64,000 nt of DNA. Origin: Gaiellaceae bacterium (GTDB lineage Bacteria > Actinomycetota > Thermoleophilia > Gaiellales > Gaiellaceae). Below are positions 1-8,686 of the stretch, piece by piece. A model generated the notes under the pieces. It worked only from the letters and a program-made list of their open reading frames with translations, ran no database searches and was not told the DNA's origin. A program made the position numbers and the translations under genes. The stretch is from the NCBI GenBank assembly GCA_036380355.1, contig DASVEW010000032.1, forward strand, positions 23-64,022, written 5' to 3'. Within the stretch, counting starts at the first letter, position 1. Each line of letters starts with the position of its first letter.

Positions 1-89
1 CCATATCTCCAGATATGTACGCGACCCTGCGTCCGGGCCTGGCGTCCGCCCATCGCGTCCTGACGGCGAGGCACGTCCCGAGACGGGGT

Positions 90-539
90 CTATGCCGGGC
101 AGTCGGTGCGTTCGAACCCGCGTGCCGCCTGCTCGGTGAGCACCCAGCGCCACTGGTCGCCGACGCGGACGACGTGGTAGCTCTCCGTGTATTCGGTTTC
201 GTCGGTGACGACGCGCACCTGGACCCGCTTCGCCGGCGTCCGCGGCGGAAGGCCGTACACGGTCAGCGGCGCGTCCTCGACGTCGAGCACCACGACCGAC
301 TCGATCGTCCCCTGGACGTCGATCCCGCGCCTGCACTCGTCGTACTCCTGCCGCTCGACCAGCTGCTGGTGTCGGGGATGGAGGCGATCCCAGGCCCCGC
401 CGTAGTCACCGAAGTACTCCCGCTCGAGCAGGGTCTTGACCGCCGCGCCTGCCTCGTGGTCCTCGGAGTCCTCGGTCAGCGCGCAGCCCGCCGCCAGAGC
501 GACGAGAGCGACTGCGAGGAGCGTGCGGGCCAGGGCCAT
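90..539 (-). CDS. putative secreted lipoprotein, unknown function
   Basis: ATG at 539. N-terminus MALARTLLAVALVALAAGC is a signal peptide plus lipobox. No family recognised. Confidence 0.6.
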   Translation of the reverse strand: MALARTLLAVALVALAAGCALTEDSEDHEAGAAVKTLLEREYFGDYGGAWDRLHPRHQQLVERQEYDECRRGIDVQGTIESVVVLDVEDAPLTVYGLPPRTPAKRVQVRVVTDETEYTESYHVVRVGDQWRWVLTEQAARGFERTDCPA

Positions 540-571
540 GCGCGGTTTCCGACGCTATCGTTACGGGTGAC

Positions 572-644
572 GCGGACGTAGCTCAGTTGGTAGAGCATCG
601 GCTTCCCAAGCCGAGGGTCGTGGGTTCGAATCCCATCGTCCGCT
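572..644 (+). tRNA. tRNA-Gly (anticodon CCC)
   Basis: Hand-folded 73-nt cloverleaf. Acceptor GCGGACG/CGTCCGC, D arm GCTC-AGTTGGTA-GAGC, anticodon stem TCGGC/GCCGA with loop TTCCCAA, T arm GTGGG-TTCGAAT-CCCAT, discriminator T. CCA not encoded. Confidence 0.9.
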
Positions 645-689
645 CTTTCCCTTCGTTCGCCCGTCGCCGAGCCGACGAAAGGAGCAGCC

Positions 690-1004
690 GTGATCGCCCG
701 GGTCTGGAAGGGAGCGATCCGCCGGGCGGATGCCGCGGCCTACGTCGAGTACATGCGCCAAACGGGCATCCCCGGCTACGCGGAAACTCCCGGCAACCGC
801 GGCGTCTGGATGCTTCGCCGCGACGTCGACGACCGCAGCGAGGTCGTGATGTTCACGCTCTGGGACTCGCTCGACGCGATCAAGGCCTTCGCCGGTGACG
901 ACTACGAGGTCGCCGTCTTCTATCCCGAGGACGACCGCTTCCTCGTCGAGCGCGACCTGCGCGCCACGCACTATGAGGTCGTGGCGACGAACCGCTCGGG
1001 CTGA
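690..1004 (+). CDS. small ABM/Dabb-like (antibiotic biosynthesis monooxygenase fold) protein
   Basis: 104-aa ORF with GTG start. Size and the pattern (VMFTLWDSLDAIKAFAGDDY) are typical of the dimeric alpha-beta barrel family. The assignment is tentative. Confidence 0.55.
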   Translation: MIARVWKGAIRRADAAAYVEYMRQTGIPGYAETPGNRGVWMLRRDVDDRSEVVMFTLWDSLDAIKAFAGDDYEVAVFYPEDDRFLVERDLRATHYEVVATNRSG

Positions 1005-1639
1005 CCCGCGAACTGGGCCACGCAGGTGAGCGAGCAGAAGTAGTACGCCTCGCCCTCGTGCAGAAGCCGTCCGGCCGCGCGGTCCGGGTCGACCACCATT
1101 CGGCAGACCGGATCGACCGGGAGCCGCCCCGCTTCCGGCGCTCCGATCGGGAGCGCCGCGAACAGGTCGACCGGCTCGCTGACGTTGCGAGGCGACTTGC
1201 GGCCGCGCGACTCGTAGATCACTCCGTCGAGGTCCGGCGCGAGCGCAGCGGTGTGGCCCGTGAGGAGCACCTCCCCGCCGGTCGCGACGCCTGAGACGCG
1301 CGCGGCGAGATTCACACTCGCGCCGAAGTAGTCGCCGTCCCGCTCGACGGCGGGGCCGTGGTGGAGCCCGACTCGCACGGCGGGAGATCCGTGCTCACGC
1401 AGCAACCCACCGGCGATGCGAAGTCCTAGCCGGATCGCGTCGGCGGGGTCCGGGATCCGGAGCATGACCGCGTCGCCGATCGTCTTCACCCGCTCGCCCT
1501 CCACCGCCGGCAGCTCGGCGTCGACGGCGTCGCAGAACTCGCCGACGAGCGCGACCGCCTCCTCGTCGCCGTGAGCCTCCGTGAGCCCCGTGAAGCCGGC
1601 GATGTCCGCGAACGCGAAGGTGGCGGCGGCGTGGGTCAT
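971..1639 (-). CDS. class III adenylate/guanylate cyclase catalytic domain fused to a C-terminal YHS/TRASH-type metal-binding domain
   Basis: Start trimmed to ATG 1639 (MTHAAATFAFADIAGFTGLTE...). Cyclase motifs FADIAGFT, KTIGDAVM and GASVNLAARV are present. The C-terminus DPVCRMVVD...YYFCSLTCVAQF is YHS-like. Confidence 0.75.
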   Translation of the reverse strand: MTHAAATFAFADIAGFTGLTEAHGDEEAVALVGEFCDAVDAELPAVEGERVKTIGDAVMLRIPDPADAIRLGLRIAGGLLREHGSPAVRVGLHHGPAVERDGDYFGASVNLAARVSGVATGGEVLLTGHTAALAPDLDGVIYESRGRKSPRNVSEPVDLFAALPIGAPEAGRLPVDPVCRMVVDPDRAAGRLLHEGEAYYFCSLTCVAQFAGQPERFVATTS

Positions 1640-1656
1640 TCCGAGGGGAATCCGAT

Positions 1657-2334
1657 TCAGCTCTGGGAGCCGACCGCCGAGGAGCTCGCTTGCTCCACGA
1701 CGTCCGCGACCCAGGGCTGAAGCTCCGCGACGAAGGACGGGTCGACTGAGTGGGCCATGGGCGACTCGCGGTAGAGCACCTCCGCGCCGGCCTCCTCGAG
1801 TAGCTGCTTCGCCTTCCGGCTCCACTCGACGGAGATCACGGGGTCGTAGGTGCCGTGGCCGATCGCGACGGGTGGGAGGGGCGGGGTGAGATCCAGCTCG
1901 AACCCCTCTACGGTGGCGATGAACCCCGACAACGCGATGATCCCCGCCGGCCGTGGGCGTCCGCGGCCGAACCCGAGCGCCCAGCTCATGACCGCGCCCT
2001 GCGAGAAGCCGCCGATCACCGTCCGCTCGGTCGGTATCCCGGTCTCCTCCGCCAGCGCGTCGAGCCAGTCCGACGCGAGCTCGTACGAGGCCGTGAACGT
2101 CTCGCGGTCCGGATAGCCGATGTCGCGGACGATGTACCAGTGCGCGCCGCCGGGCGGACGGACCAGCGGGCCCCGCGGCGTCGCTCCGAGGAGGCGGCGG
2201 TGGGGGTCGAGGGCGTCGAGCAGCGGGTAGAGGTCGTGCTCGCTCGTGCCCCGCCCGTGGAAGAGCACGAGCGCGCCGGCCGGATCGCCGGCCGGCGGCC
2301 GGACGAGATGCGGCAGGGCGTCGAGCCCGCTCAC
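1657..2334 (-). CDS. alpha/beta hydrolase (phospholipase/carboxylesterase family)
   Basis: GTG 2334 overlaps the upstream stop (GTGA). Contains LVLFHGRGTSEHDL and the nucleophile elbow GFSQG. Confidence 0.75.
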   Translation of the reverse strand: MSGLDALPHLVRPPAGDPAGALVLFHGRGTSEHDLYPLLDALDPHRRLLGATPRGPLVRPPGGAHWYIVRDIGYPDRETFTASYELASDWLDALAEETGIPTERTVIGGFSQGAVMSWALGFGRGRPRPAGIIALSGFIATVEGFELDLTPPLPPVAIGHGTYDPVISVEWSRKAKQLLEEAGAEVLYRESPMAHSVDPSFVAELQPWVADVVEQASSSAVGSQS

Positions 2335-3254
2335 GAGACGGGCGTCTTCGCGCGCGGATCCGGCAGCGGCGTCAGCGTCTTCTCGACCTGGTCGCGGTAC
2401 TGCTCGAAGTCCGGCGGCAGCGACAGCCGCTCCCCGAGCGACTCGAGCGGCTCGTCCGACGTGAAGCCGGGCCCGAGCGTGGCGATCTCGAACAGCACGC
2501 CGCTCGGCTCCCGGAAGTAGATCGACTTGAAGTAGAAGCGGTCGATGACCGGTGTGGGCGTGGCTCCTCCGGCCATCGCCCGGTCGCGCCACGCCTCGTG
2601 CTCGTCCATGTTCGACGCCCAGGCGACGTGGTGAACGGTCCCCGCGCCGGGCATTCCCGGCTCGTCGGTCCGGTCGTAGGCATAGAACGACCCGCGCTGC
2701 TCGCCGCGCACCTCGTAGTCGTCATCCTCGGACGGCTCGAAGTTGAGCGAGTCGACGAGAAACGCCCGGCTCGCGAGCGGGTCGTGCGCGTAGGCGCGAA
2801 CGCCGTCGAAGCCCTGGAGGGCCACGTCGTTGGGGATGTCCGGGTGCTCCGAGATCAGCGGCTCGTCGTCGGTCTCGACGACCGCCAGCTCGAGGCCGAG
2901 CCCCTCAGGATCGGCGAAGCGCAGGCGGCCCGGCTCGCGCTCGGCCTCGACGCCCTCGTCGCGCAGCCGGCTCTCCCAGAAGTCGAGCGCCTCCTCGCCG
3001 CCGACGCGCCAGACGACCCGGTGGACCATGCCGGCGCCGGCGCGGCCCTTTCGGGCCCCCGGGTACTCGAAGAACGTGATGTCGCTGCCGGGACTGCCCT
3101 TCTCGTCGGCGTAGAAGAGGTGGTAGACGGTCGGGTCGTCCTGGTTGACGGTCTTCTTCACGAGCCTGAGGCCGAGGATGCGGCCGTAGAAGTCGACGTT
3201 TCGCGGTGCGTCGGCGGTGATCGCCGTGATGTGGTGGATGCCTTCGAGGCGCAT
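2331..3254 (-). CDS. VOC/glyoxalase-family ring-cleaving dioxygenase (two-domain)
   Basis: 307 aa. GIHHITAITADAPRNVDFYGRILGLRLVKKTVNQDDPTVYHLFYAD is typical of this family. A second VOC repeat lies in the C-terminal half. Confidence 0.8.
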   Translation of the reverse strand: MRLEGIHHITAITADAPRNVDFYGRILGLRLVKKTVNQDDPTVYHLFYADEKGSPGSDITFFEYPGARKGRAGAGMVHRVVWRVGGEEALDFWESRLRDEGVEAEREPGRLRFADPEGLGLELAVVETDDEPLISEHPDIPNDVALQGFDGVRAYAHDPLASRAFLVDSLNFEPSEDDDYEVRGEQRGSFYAYDRTDEPGMPGAGTVHHVAWASNMDEHEAWRDRAMAGGATPTPVIDRFYFKSIYFREPSGVLFEIATLGPGFTSDEPLESLGERLSLPPDFEQYRDQVEKTLTPLPDPRAKTPVS

Positions 3255-3329
3255 GCGGAGCTCCTTGGACGAAAGGTGTCCCTGGGTCCTACCGCATCCG
3301 CGGCCGGCGTATTCCCGACAGGGGAGTCG

Positions 3330-4067
3330 CTAGTGGCTGGAGGCGGGGTCGGAGCCCCACCAGCGCTGGTCGCGGCCGCGAAGGGCGTGCTCGCGCTCCT
3401 CCAGCTCCCGCTCCAGGCGCTCGAGCGACTCGAGCCGCTTGTGTGCGTCCTCCTCGACGAGCCCCAGCCGTCGCTGGCGCTCCTCGAGGGTCTGCTCCTT
3501 GGCGATCAGGGCGTGCTGCGTCGCGCTCAGCGCCTGCTCGCGCTCGCGCAGCCGCTCGTCCTGCTCGCGGATCTCGTGCTCGCGACTCCGGAGAGCTGAC
3601 TCGCGCCGGGTGATGTCGGCCGCTGAGAGCACGCGCTTGTGCTCTGCCTCCTCCAGCCGCTTGACGCGGTCGGCGAGCTCGCGCGCCCTCTCCTCGGCGG
3701 CGTGCACCTTTCCCTCGGCCCTGGCGCGGAAGGCGGCCGCCGCGGCCTCGGTCTCGTCCAGGTGGCGGATGAGGTGGTCGATCTTCCGGGTCGCCTCGAG
3801 GCCCGAGCCTCCGACGTCGGCGAGGCGCTGCTCTCGATGCTCGAGCTGCGCTTCACCGGCCTCGACTGCGGCGAGCCGCTCGATCAGGTCCTGCTCGCGC
3901 TTGACCAGGTCCCGCTCGATCTTGTCGATCTCGGCGCCCCGCTCGTCGAGCATGTCGACGGCGCTGCGTAGGACGTGCCGCTCGATGCGGCCGCCGAGGC
4001 GCTGGCGCACGCCCTGGGCGGGCCAGTCGTTCTCGGCGGGGCGGTTGGCGGCTTCGCGGTCGGCCAT
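3330..4067 (-). CDS. coiled-coil protein, unknown function
   Basis: 245 aa, rich in E/R/L/A heptad-like sequence (LEEREHALRGR, ERLREREQAL). No enzymatic motif. Confidence 0.55.
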   Translation of the reverse strand: MADREAANRPAENDWPAQGVRQRLGGRIERHVLRSAVDMLDERGAEIDKIERDLVKREQDLIERLAAVEAGEAQLEHREQRLADVGGSGLEATRKIDHLIRHLDETEAAAAAFRARAEGKVHAAEERARELADRVKRLEEAEHKRVLSAADITRRESALRSREHEIREQDERLREREQALSATQHALIAKEQTLEERQRRLGLVEEDAHKRLESLERLERELEEREHALRGRDQRWWGSDPASSH

Positions 4068-4113
4068 GGGCGGCTGCTCCTCCCATCGGCACGCGGGCCG
4101 CGCGGCTTGACCG

Positions 4114-4599
4114 CTAGCGAGGCCAGGCTTCCGAAAGGCGGCGGCGGGTCTCCAGCAGGTGCTCCGGGATCACCTTCACGTCGGCGAGCACCGGCATGAA
4201 GTTCGTGTCGCCGGCCCAGCGAGGCACCACGTGGAGGTGGACGTGGTCCACGACGCCGGCGCCGGCGATGCGTCCGAGGTTCCAGCCGACGTTGTAGCCC
4301 TGCGGCCCGTAGACCTGGGCGAGCGCGCCGATGCCCTGCTGCGCGAGCCGGTGGATCTCGAGCGCCTCCTCGTCGGTCAGCTCGCCGAACTCGGCGACGT
4401 GCCGGTTCGGCGCGACCATGTAGTGGCCCGAGGCGTAGGGATACTTGTTGACGATCGCCGTCGCGCGCCGGCCGCGATGAATCACCAGCGCGGCCTCGTC
4501 GTCGTCCGCCTCGATGGCGGTGCAGAAGATGCAGCCCTCCTGCTCGTCGGCGCTGCCGACGTACTCGAGCCGCCACGGGGCCCAAAGAGGCTTCGTCAC
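4114..4599 (-). CDS. HIT-family protein (Ap4A phosphorylase/nucleotidyl hydrolase-like)
   Basis: Histidine triad HVHLHVVPRW. N-terminal WAPWRLEYV...CIFC is typical of the actinobacterial Ap4A-phosphorylase type. Confidence 0.85.
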   Translation of the reverse strand: MTKPLWAPWRLEYVGSADEQEGCIFCTAIEADDDEAALVIHRGRRATAIVNKYPYASGHYMVAPNRHVAEFGELTDEEALEIHRLAQQGIGALAQVYGPQGYNVGWNLGRIAGAGVVDHVHLHVVPRWAGDTNFMPVLADVKVIPEHLLETRRRLSEAWPR

Positions 4600-4612
4600 G
4601 CCGGGAGAGGCA

Positions 4613-5593
4613 CTAGATCCAGCGCTTCCAGCGGAAGAACCCGACGAGGCCCAGGAAGACGGCGATCATCGCGGTGACCATCGCCCAGAACGCCTCGCGG
4701 CTCCCTTCGCCCGGGTAGTCCACGTTCATCCCGAAGATGCCCGTGATGAACGTCAGCGGCAGGAAGACGGCGCCGACGACGGTCAGCACGCGCAGGATGT
4801 CGTTCTGGCGGTGCTGGATCGCCGACTCGTTCGTGGCCTCGAGCGCCTCGACGACCTCCTTGTAGTTGTCGAGCAGGTCCCAGAGCCGTTCGGAGGCGTC
4901 CACGAGGTCGTCGAAGTAGAGCTCGAGGTCCTGGGGCAGGAAGCGCTCCACCTGCCGCTCGAGCACGCGGAGCGTCGGTCGCTGGGGCTTGATGATCTTG
5001 CGGTAGCTGATGATCTCCTGCTTCGCGCGGGAGATGTCTCGGACGATCTCGTGCGAGCGCTCGGCCTCGATGTCGTCCTCGATCGCGTCGAGCTTGTGCC
5101 CGATCTTGTCCAGGATCGGGAAGCAGTAGTCGAAGAGGTCGTCGAGGACGTGGTAGAGCAGGTAGCCGGAGCCCTTGCCGAAGAGGCCGTCGCGCAGCTC
5201 CGGGTCGTCCGAGCAGCGCTGGAAGAGGCGGGTCACCGGCAGCAACTCGACCGTCGGCAGCGTGACGAGGTAGTCCGGGCCGAGGAAGATGTCCAGCTCG
5301 CCGGCGTTCAGCCGCTTCGCCGCCTTGTCATAGACGGGGAAGTGGAGGACGATGAAGAGGTAGTCGTCGTACTCGTCGACCTTCGGGCGCTGGCGCTTGG
5401 AGACGACATCCTCGACATCGAGGGGGTGCCAGCCGAGGCGCCCGGCGAGCGCCTGCGCCTCCTCCGTGGTCGGGGAGTCGAGGTGGACCCAGGTCAGGCC
5501 GTTGGCGGTGAGCTCAGCAGGCTGGCGCGCGGGAGGTGCCGCGACCTCGCGCGTCGCGCGCGAGCGAGCCCGGATGCGGGGCAGGCTGGGCAT
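4613..5593 (-). CDS. corA: CorA-family magnesium/cobalt transporter
   Basis: 326 aa with two C-terminal TM helices and the GMN signature (GIFGMNVDYPG). Confidence 0.9.
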   Translation of the reverse strand: MPSLPRIRARSRATREVAAPPARQPAELTANGLTWVHLDSPTTEEAQALAGRLGWHPLDVEDVVSKRQRPKVDEYDDYLFIVLHFPVYDKAAKRLNAGELDIFLGPDYLVTLPTVELLPVTRLFQRCSDDPELRDGLFGKGSGYLLYHVLDDLFDYCFPILDKIGHKLDAIEDDIEAERSHEIVRDISRAKQEIISYRKIIKPQRPTLRVLERQVERFLPQDLELYFDDLVDASERLWDLLDNYKEVVEALEATNESAIQHRQNDILRVLTVVGAVFLPLTFITGIFGMNVDYPGEGSREAFWAMVTAMIAVFLGLVGFFRWKRWI

Positions 5594-5653
5594 CGGTACT
5601 GAGCGGGTCCTCCTGGCGCATAGACAGGCGATTCTACCCCGGAGGCTGATTTC

Positions 5654-6922
5654 CTAGGCTTCCGCGATCGCCGGTTGCGGTCGCTTCGGCGTCGTGCGGG
5701 CCGCCGCGGGGATCGAGCGCTCGAGCGCGAGCGCCGCGGCTCCGGCGGCCAGGCAGACCACGGCCGCGGCCGGCCAGAGCAGGTGCGGCGAGTGGCTGAG
5801 GACGATGCCGCCGATCGCCGGCCCGACGGCGAAGCCGACGCCCCACGAGAACGCCGAGGCCGCCATGTAGCGGCCGATCAGGCTGTGGTCGGCGAGGTCC
5901 GCTACGAGCGGCGCCTGCACCGTCCCGTGGAGGCACTCGCCGACGGCGATGATCGCGAAGGTCACCGCAAGGAGCGCCGCCGCGGTCCAGCCGTCGACCG
6001 CGATTCCCGCGACCGGGACGATCAGCAGCGCCGCCGCCCAGACGACGCCGAGGACGGCGAGCGTGCGCATCCGACGGTGCCCCTCGAGCAGACGGGCCAT
6101 CGGCAGCTGCGCCAGGACGATCACGAGCGTGTTCAGGAAGAAGAGGACGCCGATCCCTCGCTCGGTCACGCCCGCCTCGTTCTTCGCGTACACGGGCAGC
6201 GTCTCGAGCTGCGCCATCCCGGCCCCGATGAAGACGAAGTTCAGGGCCACGACCGCCATGAACACCCGGTTCCGGACGACCTCGCCCCAGCCGCCGCGCT
6301 CGCTGCCCTCGGGCCGCGGCGTCTTCGCCGGGGCGGGGACTCGGATCAGGACGACCGAGTAGACCAGGAACGTCGCGGCGTCGCCCAGGAAGAGCACCTG
6401 GAACGTGGTCGGGTTGCCGGTCGTGGCGATCAGCCCGCCCGCGAGGCCGCCCAGGCCGATCCCGAGGTTCATCATCACCCGCTGCATCGCGAACGCCTGG
6501 TGGCGCTGCTCGACGGGCGTCAGCCCGGCGACGAGCGACGACTGGCTCGGCCAGAAGCCGCCGTTCCCCACGCCTGCGATCGCACTGGCGACGAATCCCT
6601 GCCAGGGATGCTCCACGAACGCGTAGCCGCCGAAGCCGATCGCCATCAGCCAGAGCGAGAAGGCCAGCGTGATCCGGCCGCCGATCCGGTCGATGAGGGA
6701 GCCGATGATCGGCCCGGCGACGAGCCCGACGGCGGCGGTCGTCCCGACGATGAGCCCGGCCGTCGCCAGGTCGATGTCCCGGACGTTGTGGAGGTAGATG
6801 AAGAGGAACGGGTACGCGAGCCCGTTTCCGAGCGCGTTGACGAGCGCGCCGGCCTGCAGCGTCCGCACAGAGGTCGGAAGCGGCGGGTTCAGCGTCCGGA
6901 GGTAGGCGCGCAGGAGCTCCAC
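5654..6922 (-). CDS. MFS transporter
   Basis: 422 aa, about 12 hydrophobic segments, MFS-like loop motifs (GSLIDRIGGR). Confidence 0.85.
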   Translation of the reverse strand: MELLRAYLRTLNPPLPTSVRTLQAGALVNALGNGLAYPFLFIYLHNVRDIDLATAGLIVGTTAAVGLVAGPIIGSLIDRIGGRITLAFSLWLMAIGFGGYAFVEHPWQGFVASAIAGVGNGGFWPSQSSLVAGLTPVEQRHQAFAMQRVMMNLGIGLGGLAGGLIATTGNPTTFQVLFLGDAATFLVYSVVLIRVPAPAKTPRPEGSERGGWGEVVRNRVFMAVVALNFVFIGAGMAQLETLPVYAKNEAGVTERGIGVLFFLNTLVIVLAQLPMARLLEGHRRMRTLAVLGVVWAAALLIVPVAGIAVDGWTAAALLAVTFAIIAVGECLHGTVQAPLVADLADHSLIGRYMAASAFSWGVGFAVGPAIGGIVLSHSPHLLWPAAAVVCLAAGAAALALERSIPAAARTTPKRPQPAIAEA

Positions 6923-6959
6923 GAGAGCGGAACCTACCCGCGGCTACACTGCGCGCTCC

Positions 6960-7032
6960 GGGCCTGTAGCTCAGGGGATAGAGCGCGCGCCTCCGGAGCG
7001 CGAGGTCGCAGGTTCGATTCCTGCCAGGCCCA
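6960..7032 (+). tRNA. tRNA-Arg (anticodon CCG)
   Basis: Hand-folded 73-nt cloverleaf. Acceptor GGGCCTG/CAGGCCC, anticodon stem CGCGC/GCGCG with loop CTCCGGA, T arm GCAGG-TTCGATT-CCTGC, discriminator A. Confidence 0.9.
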
Positions 7033-7271
7033 TAGACCGCTTCACTGCGCGGAACCGGTGACGCTGGCGGAACGGCGTTTCTCGGGGGCGAAGCACCCCG
7101 CAGACGCCGCAGCCGTTAGTCCCCACGGCACTCCGCCCTAAGCGCTAACGCGCTCGCGCGCCGACTGGTTACGCCGGGTAATCCCTAGCGACCCTCGCTC
7201 AGGGAGCGTGAGCCATGGATTCGGGAAAACCGCGTTCCGGAGGGGACTCGGCCGACACGACGTCTGGGCGG

Positions 7272-8588
7272 TCAGCGATCGCCGGTATCGACCGCCCGGA
7301 CGATTTGCGCCAGCACGATCGTCCCGAGCAGTGCGATCGCTCCGAGGAGCAGCGCAATGATCGTCAGCACGATCGGATCGTCGAGCGGTTTGTCATCGGC
7401 GGCTCCGATGACCCGGTCTGCGAAGCCCCTCGCGGTTCCGGCGACCCCGCGGACCGCTCGGGCGACCGATTCCTTGATGTCCTCTACGCGGCTTCCGCCT
7501 GCACCCAACTCGTCAGCGGTGCCTCCACCTGCTGCGAGGAAGGCGATGTCTGCGATCGGCTCGCGGCAGGTGTTTTCCGTGCGGGCCTTTCGCACCCTTG
7601 CCTGCGACATCTTCCCGCTCGCGATCACGATCGGGACGGCCGCGGCATCCCGCTTCGCCCCGCGCGCCCGAATGACGAGTCGATAGCCGCCCGGCGGGAG
7701 TGTTCGCCCGCGAAACCGTCCACGGAAGGGAAGCCGGTTCACGCCTGCATGGGCTCGGACCGAGTAGCTTCCCAGCCGCTTGCAGGACGGGTAGACGCGC
7801 ACGATCGAGATCCGCAGGACGGCGCCGCGCGAGAGCCGGAAGGTCAGCGTGGTTCCGGCAGCCTTGCGGCCGGGGCGCAGGACGGTGCGAGAGGCGCGGA
7901 CCGCGCTTCGTTGCTCGCTGCAAGCTCTCGGCTTCGGCGGGCAGCTGGCAGCTCTGAGCGTGAACGGCCCGGCCGGCATCGAGCCGGAGGTCGAGGCCGA
8001 GGCGGCCGCTCCGGGGGCGCTGAGCCCCTCTCGGGAGCCCGACCGTCCGGTTGACCCGCTTCCGGACCCGCTCGTCGGCGTCGACCCGCTGCCAGTGCCG
8101 CCTGTCGTGGGCGTCTGCGTGGTCGTCGACGTCGTCAGCGTCGGGGCCGGAGGCGGCGGTGCAGGAGGCGGCGGAGGCGGCGGGAGATTCGGCGGCGGCG
8201 GCGGAGGCGGAAGCGGAGGCGGTGGCGGAAGGGGAGGCGGCGGCGGAAGGGGAGGCGGCGGCGGGAGCGGTGGTGGAGGCGGGAGCGGCGGCGGTGGTGG
8301 TGGAGGCGGTAGCGGCGGCGGTGGTGGTGGAGGCGGTAGCGGCGGTGGCGGTGGTGGAGGCGGTAGCGGCGGTGGCGGCGGCGGAGGCGGGAGTGGGGGA
8401 GGCGGCGGCGGAGGAGGAAGCGCGCTTTCCCGTGGCGTACCAGCCCCGACCTGCGCGTCGGACGCGCCCCCTGCCGGGGCCAGCACGAAACAGGCAACCG
8501 CGGCCGCAAGCGAAGCGGTCAGGGTTCGTTTCCTCACCGCAGAACCCCCGTACGCATCTTCACAGAGCGATTCCCCGGTCGCGCGCAA
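7272..8588 (-). CDS. secreted, C-terminally membrane-anchored protein with an extreme poly-proline tract, a Thr/Ser/Gly linker and a beta-sandwich-like domain
   Basis: Signal-like N-terminus (alternative GTG start at 8537 preceded by GGGGG). Tract is (P8L)x5 then (P5L)x4 plus further P runs. C-terminal TM is IVLTIIALLLGAIALLGTIVLAQIV. The TM region shows high GC3 on this strand. Confidence 0.7.
   Translation of the reverse strand: MRATGESLCEDAYGGSAVRKRTLTASLAAAVACFVLAPAGGASDAQVGAGTPRESALPPPPPPPPLPPPPPPPPLPPPPPPPPLPPPPPPPPLPPPPPPPPLPPPPPLPPPPPLPPPPPLPPPPPLPPPPPPPNLPPPPPPPAPPPPAPTLTTSTTTQTPTTGGTGSGSTPTSGSGSGSTGRSGSREGLSAPGAAASASTSGSMPAGPFTLRAASCPPKPRACSEQRSAVRASRTVLRPGRKAAGTTLTFRLSRGAVLRISIVRVYPSCKRLGSYSVRAHAGVNRLPFRGRFRGRTLPPGGYRLVIRARGAKRDAAAVPIVIASGKMSQARVRKARTENTCREPIADIAFLAAGGGTADELGAGGSRVEDIKESVARAVRGVAGTARGFADRVIGAADDKPLDDPIVLTIIALLLGAIALLGTIVLAQIVRAVDTGDR
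8142..8417. repeat. tandem 27-bp and 18-bp coding repeats (poly-Pro tract)
   Basis: The + strand reads GGCGGTAGCGGCGGCGGTGGTGGTGGA-type units in tandem. They encode PPPPPPPPL and PPPPPL on the - strand. Confidence 0.85.
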
Positions 8589-8686
8589 TTCAATCCTCTT
8601 CGGCGAGGAAACGTCGCGCCAGGCATTAACGTCCCCCGCCGACCTCTCTCCTGCCGGTCGCGCTGCTCGTCTGCGCGACGCTGCCG

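Noticed and set aside
1-17. Palindrome CATATCT-CC-AGATATG at the very start of the window
   Set aside because: It is short, at the window edge with no context, and may just be part of a terminator for the - strand lipoprotein gene. It cannot be evaluated.
6960-7271. tRNA-Arg followed by 240 bp of non-coding DNA and an odd gene: possible integration hotspot or genomic island border
   Set aside because: There is no integrase. I could not see a direct repeat of the tRNA 3' end downstream. There is no clear compositional break. This is insufficient evidence.
8142-8417. Regular short repeats as a possible CRISPR array
   Set aside because: The units are directly tandem with no spacers, lie inside a coding frame and encode the Pro tract. 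No cas genes are present.
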